From: Lingula anatina
Taxonomy: Eukaryota; Animalia; Brachiopoda
Direction of reading: 5' to 3'
Assembly: GCA_051362555.1 (NCBI GenBank)
Contig: CM120641.1
Location: forward strand, 1,550,001 to 1,614,000
Length of the DNA: 64,000 bases
The notes beneath the pieces are model-generated. The model saw nothing but the letters and a program-made list of their open reading frames with translations. It searched no databases and was not told the origin of the DNA. Both the position numbers and the translations under genes were made by a program. Shown here in pieces: positions 33,901 to 45,904 of the stretch (position 1 is the first letter of the stretch; each line of letters starts with the position of its first letter).

Positions 33901-36900
33901 GATATGTTAGGATAAATATTTCATCATGTATAAGGTTTTGATGTTTAGTCAAGGGTATGTATGTGGCGAGTATCTCAGTTTGTGGCTCGATGACTGCAGT
34001 TTGGATGAGCAATAACCTGTAGAGGGTTCTCTACTATTGCTCTGTATTTTGGCAGAAGTCAGATATTACCAGTATTTGGCGTTGTATGATGTTTAGCATA
34101 AACACAACAACCTGAAGATTTACGTGGCGATTGCCTTGTCATTTGTCTGCATCATGATGTGTTATGCAGAATAATGGAGGTTGCTATTTCTCATCTCTTT
34201 AATTTAGATAACTGTAAAAGTTTCTTTACCCAATACTTGGTTATGGTTATAAATAATCATAGAACTACTGGTATAAAGTCTTAAGTGTATCTTGTATATG
34301 CATCCCTGAAGCATTTATGGGGATATCGTTCAGCTAATGATTTATTTCCTGCTCATGAACTGATGTGATTGAGTTTTTGGTTTCAGTCTCAGGAGTCAGG
34401 GCTGCTTGACAAAGTGTAAATTGACCCAAATTCAATACCATTTGCGAGGATAATGCTTCAAGCACTGTTTAACTACGTAAATCCTCTAATAGAGAGTTAT
34501 CAATTTTGCATGAGCCTTTTATCAAGAGGAATATTGCATATCTCACAGATTGCATGTTTCTAAGAAAATTTCTGAATACTGGTAATATAATATAACTGAC
34601 AGACTTTTTTGCCTTAAAGTGACAAAGGGTTTTGAATACATGTGAATTGCATAAGCAGGGGCGGATCCAGAGTTATTTTCTGACAGTCTTCCAATTTATC
34701 TTTGTTGATCCATCCTCCATTTTTGACCGTCTTCCGACAGAAAAAATTAGATACCCGTCAATGTAAACTTGAAAATCTGACCGTCTTCCGGAAGACCCAG
34801 AAGACGCCCTAAATCCGCCCCTGCATAAGCCTCTCTTGTTGAACAAGTGATACTTTTTGGTCATATTTTAACAGGTATACATGTATGCCATGTGATCTTT
34901 TTGTACTTGCCATAATTCATGTTGTTGCAAATTTTGAAAATTTTGTCAGTTTAAAAAGCACACATTTACCTGCATGCAAAATTAAGGTTATAGGCACTAA
35001 TACTTCCATTTCTCTCTATATATGTGCAGTCATCAATCCCATTGCTTTATAAATCTCACTGGACTTCAAAATTGTTATCCAATTACATGAATACTGCAGG
35101 AGTGACATTTTGACTTCTCATGAATGACATGTCATGGCTTTTAAATCAACTATTAATGTCACATTTTACAGAACCATAGGCAGATTTCAGATCAATTTGT
35201 ACTGAATCTCAGATGTTATAGCTTGTGAAGCTATAAAAATTGATGCAACCTTTTGGTAAATCAAGCAGCATGTGTGTTATCAAGTTTTTAATGTTAAACT
35301 CATAACTTTTGGCCTTTGATGAAACTCAGAATTCTGTGATACGTTTGTTCATTAAAAGAGAGTACAGGATTGTCTTCCCAACCTTAAAATGGTTTTATCA
35401 ATTTTGTCACATTTTCCAGAGTTAAGGGTCTGAAACCTCGATTGATCTAGCTGTTTGTTAAACGATGAAAGTATTAGTAGCATTGTGTCAAGTGTGATTT
35501 GATTTAGCAGCCTTCCAAGGAGTTCTAGGAAAAGGTCTTCCCCTTTGTGCACATTGGTGATTGATTCCGTTTTAGTTTAATCAAGTTTATCCAGTCGGAA
35601 GAAAAGTAGACATACAGATTTTAGAACAACCTTATTGAACATACCATGTATACATGGCATTTAGCTCATTTTTTGTGCACTAGTTTCTAATTAAGCCTAA
35701 GGATAATTGGAAACAACAACATTAGCGAGGTAATCCAATTCCTAACATATTAATTTTTTTCTAATTGGTTTCTTGGATGTCAATTTACCTCTTTTATTAG
35801 CCAGAAAAAGATGTCAATAGATAGATACATAGATAAATAGAAAGATAAAAAATTATGAAAGGTGTTCACTTCAGGCAAGACACCTTCTTGTAGTCTTCAG
35901 CTTGGGAAGTTGGAGAAATTGCATATTGAAAAAGAGTGCGTGTAGCTTGAAAATCTAACTGATAGAAAAGATAAAAGGTTTACTACATAATGGCATACTG
36001 CAGTTTTCACAGCAGAGGCATACAACAGGTACAAACTGATGACAAACAATAATAATTCAAGTCTTGAAAGAGACCCTTTCAGTTTCTGTTGCTCTCATAT
36101 TGCATAGAACTTCATGTTAGAAAATGTATTGCATTTACCAGTTCTCCTAAATTACATATTCTATCTGTTACCAGAGTAAATACAAGCACAAGACAAAGCA
36201 CAACAGTTTGAAAAAAGACAGGATACCCGGGCTCCCAAATATTTTATTACCTAAAACTTGTTAATTCTCTCCAGTGTCGTATGACGTTCTTTGGATACTT
36301 TTCCTGTCCCAACATTTAATTGGTATATTACCGATGTTTAATTAGTTTATTAGATAACATTAAACATCTTTTCTTTGCCTGAGTAAGGTACGTCAAGGTA
36401 CATCAATGGAAAGATAAGAAACTGATGCAGAGTTCACTGATAGGCAAGGCTTGTTTGTGCAGTTTTATGTAGCCAGAAAAAAAAGGGGTTGAAAAAGATT
36501 AAATTTTTACTACATACATGCATACATACATACATATTGCAGAGAGAGAATGCCCCCCCCCCCAAAAAAAAAAAAAAAAAAAAAAAGAAAAGAAAAAGAA
36601 AAAAAGATAGATAGATACTAGTTGATTATCTCCAGACATATTTTTTGGATGCTTTGCTTGTACAACCGTTATGAACATTTACCTGGTGTGTAGTTCCCTT
36701 TCATATTTTTTATTTTTAAGGTTTGAAGTCTGTTTGCAGACTGGCAGTGAAAAGCTCCCACACACAACAGCTGTCTTCTCATTTCGGCCAGATTTCCCAT
36801 CCAGAAGTACAACTTGTAATACATTTGTCCTGAAAAATTGGGGCCTGGAAAGAATCCAGGAAGACAACTTTCCATTTGAGGCTGGGAAACCATTTTTGAT

Positions 36901-37576
36901 GAAAATTTTGGCAAAAGAAGAAGGCTATGAGGTAAGTTGGTTTCCTTGGTAAGTTCAGGGTTGCTAGGTTACAGGGTAACTATGGAGATTCATTAAAATC
37001 AGGGTTACCGCATAAAGAGAACACATACAGGGAGGAAATTTTTCTGCCATTTGGATAATTTGATTTTGAATTCATGTAAAATGGGGATTTTAGTTCAGAT
37101 CTGCTTTTTTTTTAATGTCCAAACATTTACATTGAGTGGAAAGTGTGTAAAATATTGATGTCATTATATCAGACTATTCTCAGGAGATTTCAATAATGCA
37201 GCATCTAAGAAAGCGAATGTCTTATCTGTCAATTTAAAAAAACTATAGAAGACATTAGTGTTATAAGGGTATTTGCGTACAAATGTCATTTATTCCAAAG
37301 ATTACACAAACCGATGAGTTTGGATCACGCCAGACCTCTGCCATGATGATAGCAACCTGTGGTTGGATAATGATATTATATGGCATCTGTCTCGCAATTA
37401 CAATATCTTACATCTGTTCTCTATGTAACATCACGCAGGGTCAAGTATCCTTAAGTTACAGCAGGTGGATTTTAATACCTTTTATGTGCATTTTTATGTG
37501 ATGATTCTTTATATTTTTGAATATGATGAACTTGATCAATTTATCTTTCCCGTACAGTATTTATATCTCCTCCTGA

Positions 37577-37622
<46 letters not shown>

Positions 37623-40600
37623 AATACAATACAATAAATTTTATTTCATGTTGGTTTTAAATTGAATGGAAACATTAGCTTTACAGCTATTCTCCGACTG
37701 GGTAAGGACAAAAACATATCTACAATAATGCAATATTACACTCTCTCTCTACTGCGGGGTTGGGGAGGGGGTGCAGGAGGAAGGGGTTGGATAAAAAAGC
37801 ACATACACTTCTGAATCAAATTCTGAAACAATTCATCTGTCAGTGCCAGAAAAAGTCATTTCAGCCCCTTGAGATTCCCAATCCAAAATTTCACCTAACT
37901 TACATTTGATTTCTTAGCTAAGAAGTAGGAATCTGTCATGTGGTTTACTATATTATATCTTACATTGCGTTCAGTATGACATTTCATGGAATATCACATT
38001 ACAAATGGATTACAATAATTTTCTGGGTTTGTTTCATAGACACAGACATAAAAATACAAACAAAACGTGCCCTTGTGGTTGACCTTCGTGTCTTAAAAAA
38101 GTGCAGCCTTAATAAAATGTATCAAAATATCATGGACAGTAAAAGAAATTGCATACATCTTCTTCACAATGTATAATAGAATGTTTCAGGCTTTTAGTAA
38201 ATCTGCACGCCAAACAGTTTTGGTGCCATAAGCCAGTTGTTTTCCCAAAGGGCTTTGTGGTTGACCACATGTTTTGTTATTAGGCTTGCTGTGAATTGTT
38301 ATTGCAAAGATATTCTTGCCTGCAGGACTTGTAAATCATTGACATGTGGTATGGTTTAAGACAGGCGGATAATGATGTATTGTTAACATATAGTAATAGA
38401 CGAGATATGTAACAGAATATACAAATCAAGATGGAAATAAAATTTAGTTTATTTTTTTTAATGCAGATGAGTTAATTTTTTTATATTTTGTAATCTAGCA
38501 CTGAGAACAATCATGTGTTGTATTTATGTCTCTAAACACTTTAAACACTACACATGTCAGTGGTTGGCGGGCTTTAATCGAAATATTTGTAAGTGATTTC
38601 TAACATTAGTTCACTTGTGATGAGACACATAAGATTACACTTATGTGGCTAATATAAAATTAATATATTTGTCTTAACTTCTCTCTTTGTTTTTGTTTTT
38701 TTTAAGGTATTTGTAGATGGCATCCTGTACCTTGAGTTCACTCATCGCCTGGCCATGGAGAGAGTGACACATGTCATGGTCAATGGCAACGCTGATTTCT
38801 ATACAGTAGAGTGCCCGGATGAATTGGTAAGGAAACCCCCACCTTTCCCCTCCCCACCCCACCCCACTTCCTATCCTGTCCTATCCTTTTTGCCTTTTTA
38901 AACAGGTTTTTGTGTGTTGAAAGCCAAACAGTACACCAGAGGCCAACAACCCTTTATTAATTGTTCCTGTGAATACAACAGTATATTGATGCCTGGCCAT
39001 TCACCTGACAGAAATATTGCATGTGAGTAGAGGTATATTGTATACCTTAACCCATCTTCTACATTTCAGCTAGCATTTGCCCTTAGAAATGCATTGTGTT
39101 GCACATGCCTGAATGCATGGTTTTAAAACATGTACAATTTATAATATAATATTACTATTATATAATATTAATTATTTTACTTTTTCTTTAATTCATCAGT
39201 TAAGTTTATTTGGCATCATGAAGTATTCATGACATTCAAGTATCATTCTGATTGTGTTTATTTTCAATACATAGGAGCTGCCATATTGCAGTGCAATTCC
39301 TGGTGGCCTACATGAAGGCAAAACCATATTCTTTACTGGGACCCCTCTAGGAGATGGCTGCAAGTAAGATATATATGAACTATTATTAACATAATTTACA
39401 ATTGAGATATAAAATTTTGGCAAATGAAAAATTTAATGAGATTAGGGAAATATACATTTTTGCTTTACTTTGCTGAAAAAAAAATAGGAAAGAAGTGTTA
39501 GAAATAATCAGTGCAAGGTTCTTAGGTCCCAGGAGAGTAATTTCCTGCTAAGCCAGGGAAATGGTTTTCTTATTGACTAGAATGTTTATGAGTAATATTT
39601 CATGAAGCATGACGTGATTTTTAGCCAAGCCGTTTACCCTAGTGGCCTGGATGACTGCTGAAAAGCTATAAGCATTTCAGGCTTTCATAGGCCCCATTCA
39701 GAATAGGGGACTAACTAGTCCGAGGGTCAAATATGGCCAACCCACTTGAATACTTCCCCACAGGATATCTATTCAGTGTCTGTTAGGGGATCAGATGGCA
39801 AGCTTTGACCCTTGGATTAGTAAGTCCCCTATTCTGAATGGGGCCATACTAGGGATGTTAAAGGGGGTTAGCACACCCTTCATTTTTCATCTGTTTCTTC
39901 TTCTTCAATACCTTTACGCTGACTGGCATGTAGGCTGTGTTTGCCTGCCTTAAGCACTTCTAGTATGAGAGCTTGAAGCATGTAGAGTATTTCAAGTCTT
40001 TCAATGGCTTATGAAGAGATAAATGTATGAGCCAAAATTAGATCAAATCATGTTATTTGAGATAAAAGCTTTCATTGCTTGAATGTGAAGTAAAACCAGG
40101 CAGCCGGCACCACATTAAGGCTTGTTGATCAGTGATAATTGTGAACAAATGGGCCTATTCACATTGAATGGTAGTTCTATATGTTATAACCAGTTGTGTA
40201 TACCCAAAGGTATATTTACTTGACAGTCATATGAGTGCGATGGATGATTCATCCATTGTATATTATCTGTTAATGGGAAATTTAGTAAAATGACAATTTT
40301 ATTATTGTCCAATGTATATTGCCACTTTCTTAACTTCAAAAATGGCTACATGTACAGCGCACTGGCAGTTTTGGGATGATACTGATAGAACACAGATGAC
40401 AGGAAAGGGAAAGAGAAGATAACATAAAGACAAAAAAACTTTTTGTGCCTTTCCTTGTCTGCATGGTGAATAAATTAGCTATAGATGGCGCATACAGTCT
40501 CCGTGCCCTGCTCCTTCCTCTTATTCTCATCTCCAGTGTGATTATCCTCAAAACTTCTCTAATTCTTTTTCCCATTTTTTTCCCAGTTTTGAAGTTGGAT

Positions 40601-41203
40601 TACAATGCAGTACAAAGCCTGGATCGCACATTCCGTTTTACTTCAAAGTGAACTTTGCTCCTGACGCCAAGGCGACCACTGCTTCATTCATCAACCATGT
40701 GTGGGACGCTGGGGAGAAGTTAGAGGGACCGTTGCCTTTTCAGCCAGATAAGAAATTTGTGATGAAGGTTGTTGTGGAACCTGAATGCTTCCGGGTGAGA
40801 TTGCTAGTGCATTGTGGTAGTTGGGATTGTGGTAGTTGGGATTGTAGTGTTTCCATTTGATAGTACACAATGCTGTGATGTGAACCTCACTTGAGAGACA
40901 AATCACACATAATTAATTCATGTATCATTTTCATCACGTTTTACATATACATTATTTTTATATGAAAATTGCTAACAGTGGTAATCATCTTCATTCCTGT
41001 GAGGTAGATATAAACCATATGATCATGTTTTAATTTGTATCAGGTGAAAGTTGATGATGAGAACTTCCTGGAATTCAAGCATAAACTCCCCTATGAGAGG
41101 ATCACACACGTGACAGTGGACGGGGACTTGGCACTGTATTCTGTCACCTACAGGGACCGCTGGGTGGGTAAAACATAAGTATATGCACAGTTGTGTGTGT
41201 GTA

Positions 41204-41244
<41 letters not shown>

Positions 41245-42076
41245 ATGTACAGGACTGAATGCATGTACGTGTGCATATGTGCAGACGCAACATGCGTGAA
41301 CTTGTATATTTATGCATGTACATGTCTATGCTTGTCTACACATACATGCATTTAAACTTGCAGAGCTGTTGCAATAGTCAGAAAGTACATAATGGTCCAA
41401 AGGTTTGATAGTCCGAATTAATGCATGAATAAAGTGTACAGTGTACTGTATGTAATAAAGTTAAGTTCATCAGAGGCATGTACATAAAACCAATGAACCT
41501 TAGGATTATCAAGACACCGACGAATTTATGATAATGCTTGATTTGTATATAAAGCTTAAGGAGTGCATAAAAATGAATAAGATACATTTAAACATCATTT
41601 TGAAAAGGAAGTGAGGTAGGATAAACAAAAACATACGGCCACCAAATGACAGTCATAAAAATATTGCCCACCAAAACACAGCTGTAAAAACATTTTCCTG
41701 TCACAGTGTCACTCTTGGATGTGTACATGCAACCACATGTAAAGAACATACCTGAACATGCTCTGGAGTGATTGGGCATATCATTTGATATTAGTGATCA
41801 TATTGTACATCATTATTGTAGAGAGAGATATCTATTGATTGAATATTGAATATATGGTTGATGACATGGTGTTACATTTCATATTCTCATCCATAGGGTT
41901 TATATATTCATGCATGTTTTGGAATAAAATTCTCCCATGCTACCAGTATTACAAATCATAATTTATGACATAATTGTATAATTGATGTTATATTTCAGAT
42001 TGGTCGCAGACAGAGTAAGGCGTACCACATCGTCAAGTCTTGCTGCCCAGTATGTGTGGGGTGCGTGATAATGTAA
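27902..42076 (+). CDS. Three-domain galectin-like protein (556 aa) with degenerate CRDs and C-terminal CaaX (CVIM)
   Basis: Exons 27902-27999, 28883-29096, 32783-33226, 33486-33574, 36721-36931, 38707-38826, 39275-39363, 40587-40794, 41044-41163, 41999-42076 total 1671 nt with consistent phases. Galectin-fold hallmarks repeat three times: YPY/LPH/LPY..IP.G..G, FEV.L, FPF..G.PF...I, V.VDG....F.HR...ITHV.V.GD. Confidence 0.88.
30281..30412. mobile_element. Degenerate non-autonomous repeat, possibly Helentron/HINE-like
   Basis: AAATTTCATCAAAATC core, also present in reverse at ~12555-12580. Ends in a small hairpin (AATCTCATTGACAGAGGTAA). Family assignment is from memory, not a search. Confidence 0.35.
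32235..32320. mobile_element. Arm fragment of the foldback family at 6949-7490
   Basis: TTAATCTGATTGCATTCAGCAAGAGTCCCCCTTGGAGTTAG matches the reverse complement of ~6960-7000. Confidence 0.6.
33629..33722. repeat. (TG)/(CG) mixed microsatellite plus poly-G
   Basis: Read directly; alternating purine-pyrimidine tract. Confidence 0.9.
34656..34823. mobile_element. Intact 168-bp MITE
   Basis: TIR CAGGGGCGGAT / ATCCGCCCCTG with flanking direct repeat CATAAG (34650-34655, 34824-34829). Confidence 0.9.
37579..37620. repeat. (CT)n microsatellite
   Basis: Read directly. Confidence 0.9.
39690..39845. mobile_element. 156-bp Harbinger-like MITE
   Basis: Perfect 23-bp TIR GGCCCCATTCAGAATAGGGGACT / AGTCCCCTATTCTGAATGGGGCC with a 3-bp ATA duplication. 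Confidence 0.88.
41193..41239. repeat. (TG)n(GA)n microsatellite
   Basis: Read directly. Confidence 0.9.
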
Positions 42077-43798
42077 CATCACAGGGGCAGATTTTACTGG
42101 TTTCTGAGTCTTGGCCAAGGAGGTTAGATTTCTCAAAATACCCTGTATGATATTAAATTGATGCCTTGACTTCTGGATAGACTCTAGGAGCAATGATGCA
42201 GATGGATTGAAAACTTTTTTTAATAATAGTTTGATCATTCCAGGACATGCAAATAAATCTCAAGTGCAATATTGTTGTTGTTGAATTTAGGTATGTTGCA
42301 TTCAATCCCATAAATACAAGATAGATTGAAACTTGAAATATTCTAGAAAGAATGGTCCCACTGTAGATATTGAACAGTGCCTTATTGTGCCAATAGAACA
42401 GAAGATGGAGGGCTTAATTCAAAACACTAGTGTCTCACTTCATTCTGATGTTGGTGTTGTTTGCCTTAATATCCTCAGTTAGTCATGAAAAATTGCCTTA
42501 TTGTAACTTAATTGGTTGTAAAACTTTTATGTTAAAACACCAGCTACAAAATTAAAAAAAAGAATGGTTCTATGCTTGCACCTACCAAGCAAAAAAATAG
42601 ATAAATCCAGTGCCTGAGAAAAAATATGTTTGTAATTTTTGTTTCGGCAAATATTTGTTGCTTTGCTGTGCAGGCACAACAGGAAAAAGTTGCTTGAATA
42701 TTGTATTGCAAGGAGAGTAAATCTCTGTTAATTTGTTGTATTTTGAATACTTTTATTCTGCTGTTATCTAGATCTGTTGCAATTTATCTTATACAATAAG
42801 GTGGAATATCTGGTAAGCACGCCATTAATTAATAATGAGAAACAAATGTCAAGGAAAAATTGCAACTTTTAACTTTGGTTTTGTACCCTTATAAGTAGAG
42901 GTAATATGTTTAGCAGGTGTCAATAACAAAAGTGATTCTACTGTAGAATTTGTAGAACTTCAGGTGGAATTTGTAAGTTTAGTTGTGTGTATTTCCAATA
43001 ATTTCTACCAAAATAAAAGAAAAGGGCAAAAAGATCATATGCTCACCAAGAAGCATACCAGGGTTATTAAAAAGTCCCATATTCTGTCTCCCCTTTCTGG
43101 TAACTATGGATATGATCAGGTGTGGGATGTAACTGGGAAAGTATATTTGCAGCACAAATTTGGCAGTTATGAATAGCTTGAGATATTCCAGATTTAATAA
43201 CATTTTATAGGAATCATACTACACTAACGTGTACTAGCAGCACTTATTATAATTGTCTGGTCAACTATAATGCAAATTTATTAACATTACATCTATCAAG
43301 GGGAAGATACATGCTATACTTCCCATGTTTTACCCTAAATGAAAAGTACTTTTTATTTCAAGATTTAATATTATTGATATACCTTTTTTTGGGTCTTGTT
43401 GGGGCTGTATAACCGATTTAGGACTGTATAATGCTATTAAAGCATAATCAAAGTTTATTTTAGAGACATATTTACAGGAAAAATGCATTTGTTAAAACAT
43501 GAAGTTATCATATGCTTATTCTTAAGACAGAAAGCATTATATTATATTATATTTCAGATTTCTTATAAAAATATATATATATGTTAATTTCATAGTGAAA
43601 TATTTAAAAACAGTGTTTATCTATACTTGGATGTGTGAACAAGATATAAGTGGACACAAGGTAATATTATTGTTTATTTCTTGCTCATCTTAGGACTTCT
43701 CACTATGGATATCTTTGTTTTAACAAAGCTATATGTAGTTTCTTTCTAATTCCTCATTAGCACTTTAACATAGTGGATGTTTTCTTTATGAAATGTGA

Positions 43799-43808
43799 AA
43801 TAAATAAA
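43799..43808 (+). terminator. Probable poly(A) signal of the galectin-like gene (3'UTR about 1.7 kb)
   Basis: Overlapping AATAAATAAA followed by a T/GT-rich stretch. Confidence 0.45.
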
Positions 43809-44905
43809 GGCTTATTTTTTGAAAAAGTTTGTTTCTCAGCATTCATTATAACACCTGTCATATTTTGAAACATTTTTATTTTAACAGTAAAAATTGTGCA
43901 TAGGAGTTGAAACAAATACTGAATTGATGATGACTGTTAAGTTATAGTTTTTCAGGTCCAAGGAACACATGATGTGCACTTAAGTAGTGAGCCACTTTGT
44001 GATCATTATAACACACAGAGTATACAGTACGACCAAAGAGCACATTGCAAAAAAAAAAAAAAAAAAGAGAGAGAGAGAGAAAGAGAATCATCTGCCCAGT
44101 AATGAATGGAATGAATAATGATGATAATATCTGATGGAAATAGCATTATGTAACCAAACTATACTCTTAAAATAGACGACAACCACGACTCTGCATGTTA
44201 GCACGGAAATTCGTGCGTTAGCAGTCCTATTAGAGTTTTATGTAAAGCGCAAATGAAAGTGGTAATACACAGCTTTTCGTGCTACATTAATTTGCGTGAT
44301 ATTATTAGGTATGAAGAAGCGAACTAATGTATTTTTAGTTTGCAATGAATTACGGTTGAAACTAAAATGAACTATGGTTAATACTAACATATATAATTCT
44401 TAGCCATCCCTATTTTTCTTTCTGCAATTCTATCGCTAAAAATCTAAATTAAACGTGGCAATACAAGTAGATGTATTCTAGAAAACCACATTATGAAATT
44501 GTATTGGTAATTTTAGAAAATAGTTCATTTGGCACAAAGGGAAATCTCTATTTCCTGACAGTTTGGCACACGCAGACTGACGTCAAAATATCACATGTTC
44601 AAGCTAACAAGTCAAGTCAAGCTCTTTTTGTTTCATCGAATAAGATATATCGCTACTATTCACAGATGCGCTTCTCAATTGCTGTAGATTTTAGTTGCGC
44701 TCAAAGGTTCTTGTTTCCAATTCAACCACTAAATCGCTGTTTTTACAGGCAAATACCAGATTACATGTAACTGTCGCCTGCTTGTACTAAACTCATAGTA
44801 AGCGACGTAAACTGAAACAAACTGAACACGACATGGCTATTTAGCTACATGTAAAAAAAACACTTATTTCTAGAATCTCATCCAAGATTGTTACAGTAAA
44901 ATAGA

Positions 44906-45904
44906 CTAGGCTTCACCCTCCTCTCCCGCATTGTCTTCTTCTTCTTCAGCATTTTCTATATGTTTCTTTTTCTCTGGTAGAAAACCATCAAATATATCAA
45001 CAACACTCTCTGAGTTCAGCTTGATCAGCGACTGGTAAATTGAGCGTTCTTTTCTTAAAGAGGCTTCTGTTCGCATTGAATGAAGTTCCTCAATACTGCT
45101 AGATAATGGAATTTTTTTCAAAGGACGAGACTCAGGTTGATACTTGCTTTTCCTACTTGGCGTCCCCCCTTTCGAAGCCAGGGCTAAAAACTCCGCTTCC
45201 TGAGCTTGCATGTCGTCAAAATGTTTCAAAAGTTTCCTGTGTATTTCTTTTCTGCTTTCACTCAGTTCTTTTAATTTCTTTTGGCGTTTCAGTTTGTTCT
45301 CGGCACGCAGTTCCTCTTTCGTTTTCTGTGGTTCTTTTTTCACTTTTTTTACCACTGTTTTGACGGGAGCTGGTGCGCCTATGCGAGGAAGGACAAACGC
45401 CATGGAGCGAACTTTTCCCCAAGCTGCGGGCTTGGCTGTCTTTTCCCCTTCGACTTCAGCATTAACTTCGTCTTTTTCCTCAGGGATTGTTGACATGTGT
45501 ACTTCTGTCTTTTCTTCACTTTGAGCGTTTTTGTCGATATCCTCCTTCCTTACGACCTGAACTTTTTTCAACATAGTGTAGAAGGATTCTTGTTTACTTT
45601 GGAATTTCGCCATTTTCTTTCGATCTTCCTCTTTCCGTGCTCTGGCTATTTCAAGTTGTCTTTGCCTCAGCTGTTTTAATCTCATCTCAACGTCCGACTG
45701 GTTACTGACCAGAGCCTCGGCGTGAAGGCGTTTGGCGAAGTCCATCTTAGTTTTCTGGTATTCACAGACCTGTTGCACGAGCTGGTTCACTCTCTTGGTC
45801 CTGCGTTCCGCACGCTGTCCGAGGTCGAAAATCAACAACGCTGGGTTGTCAACTTCGCCAGTATGGGCGTTGGCAAGTTTTGTTGTTCCCGAGAGTCCCA
45901 CCAT
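44906..45904 (-). CDS. Uncharacterised single-exon 332-aa Lys/Glu/Arg-rich, probably coiled-coil protein
   Basis: 999-bp open frame in AT-rich DNA, AAG-ATG-G context, in-frame stop 11 codons upstream, helical charged segments and an acidic tail. No family recognised. Confidence 0.8.
   Translation of the reverse strand: MVGLSGTTKLANAHTGEVDNPALLIFDLGQRAERRTKRVNQLVQQVCEYQKTKMDFAKRLHAEALVSNQSDVEMRLKQLRQRQLEIARARKEEDRKKMAKFQSKQESFYTMLKKVQVVRKEDIDKNAQSEEKTEVHMSTIPEEKDEVNAEVEGEKTAKPAAWGKVRSMAFVLPRIGAPAPVKTVVKKVKKEPQKTKEELRAENKLKRQKKLKELSESRKEIHRKLLKHFDDMQAQEAEFLALASKGGTPSRKSKYQPESRPLKKIPLSSSIEELHSMRTEASLRKERSIYQSLIKLNSESVVDIFDGFLPEKKKHIENAEEEEDNAGEEGEA

Noticed and set aside
33955-34112. Possible tRNA-derived SINE remnant
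   Set aside because: No clear A/B boxes or cloverleaf, and only one copy in the window.
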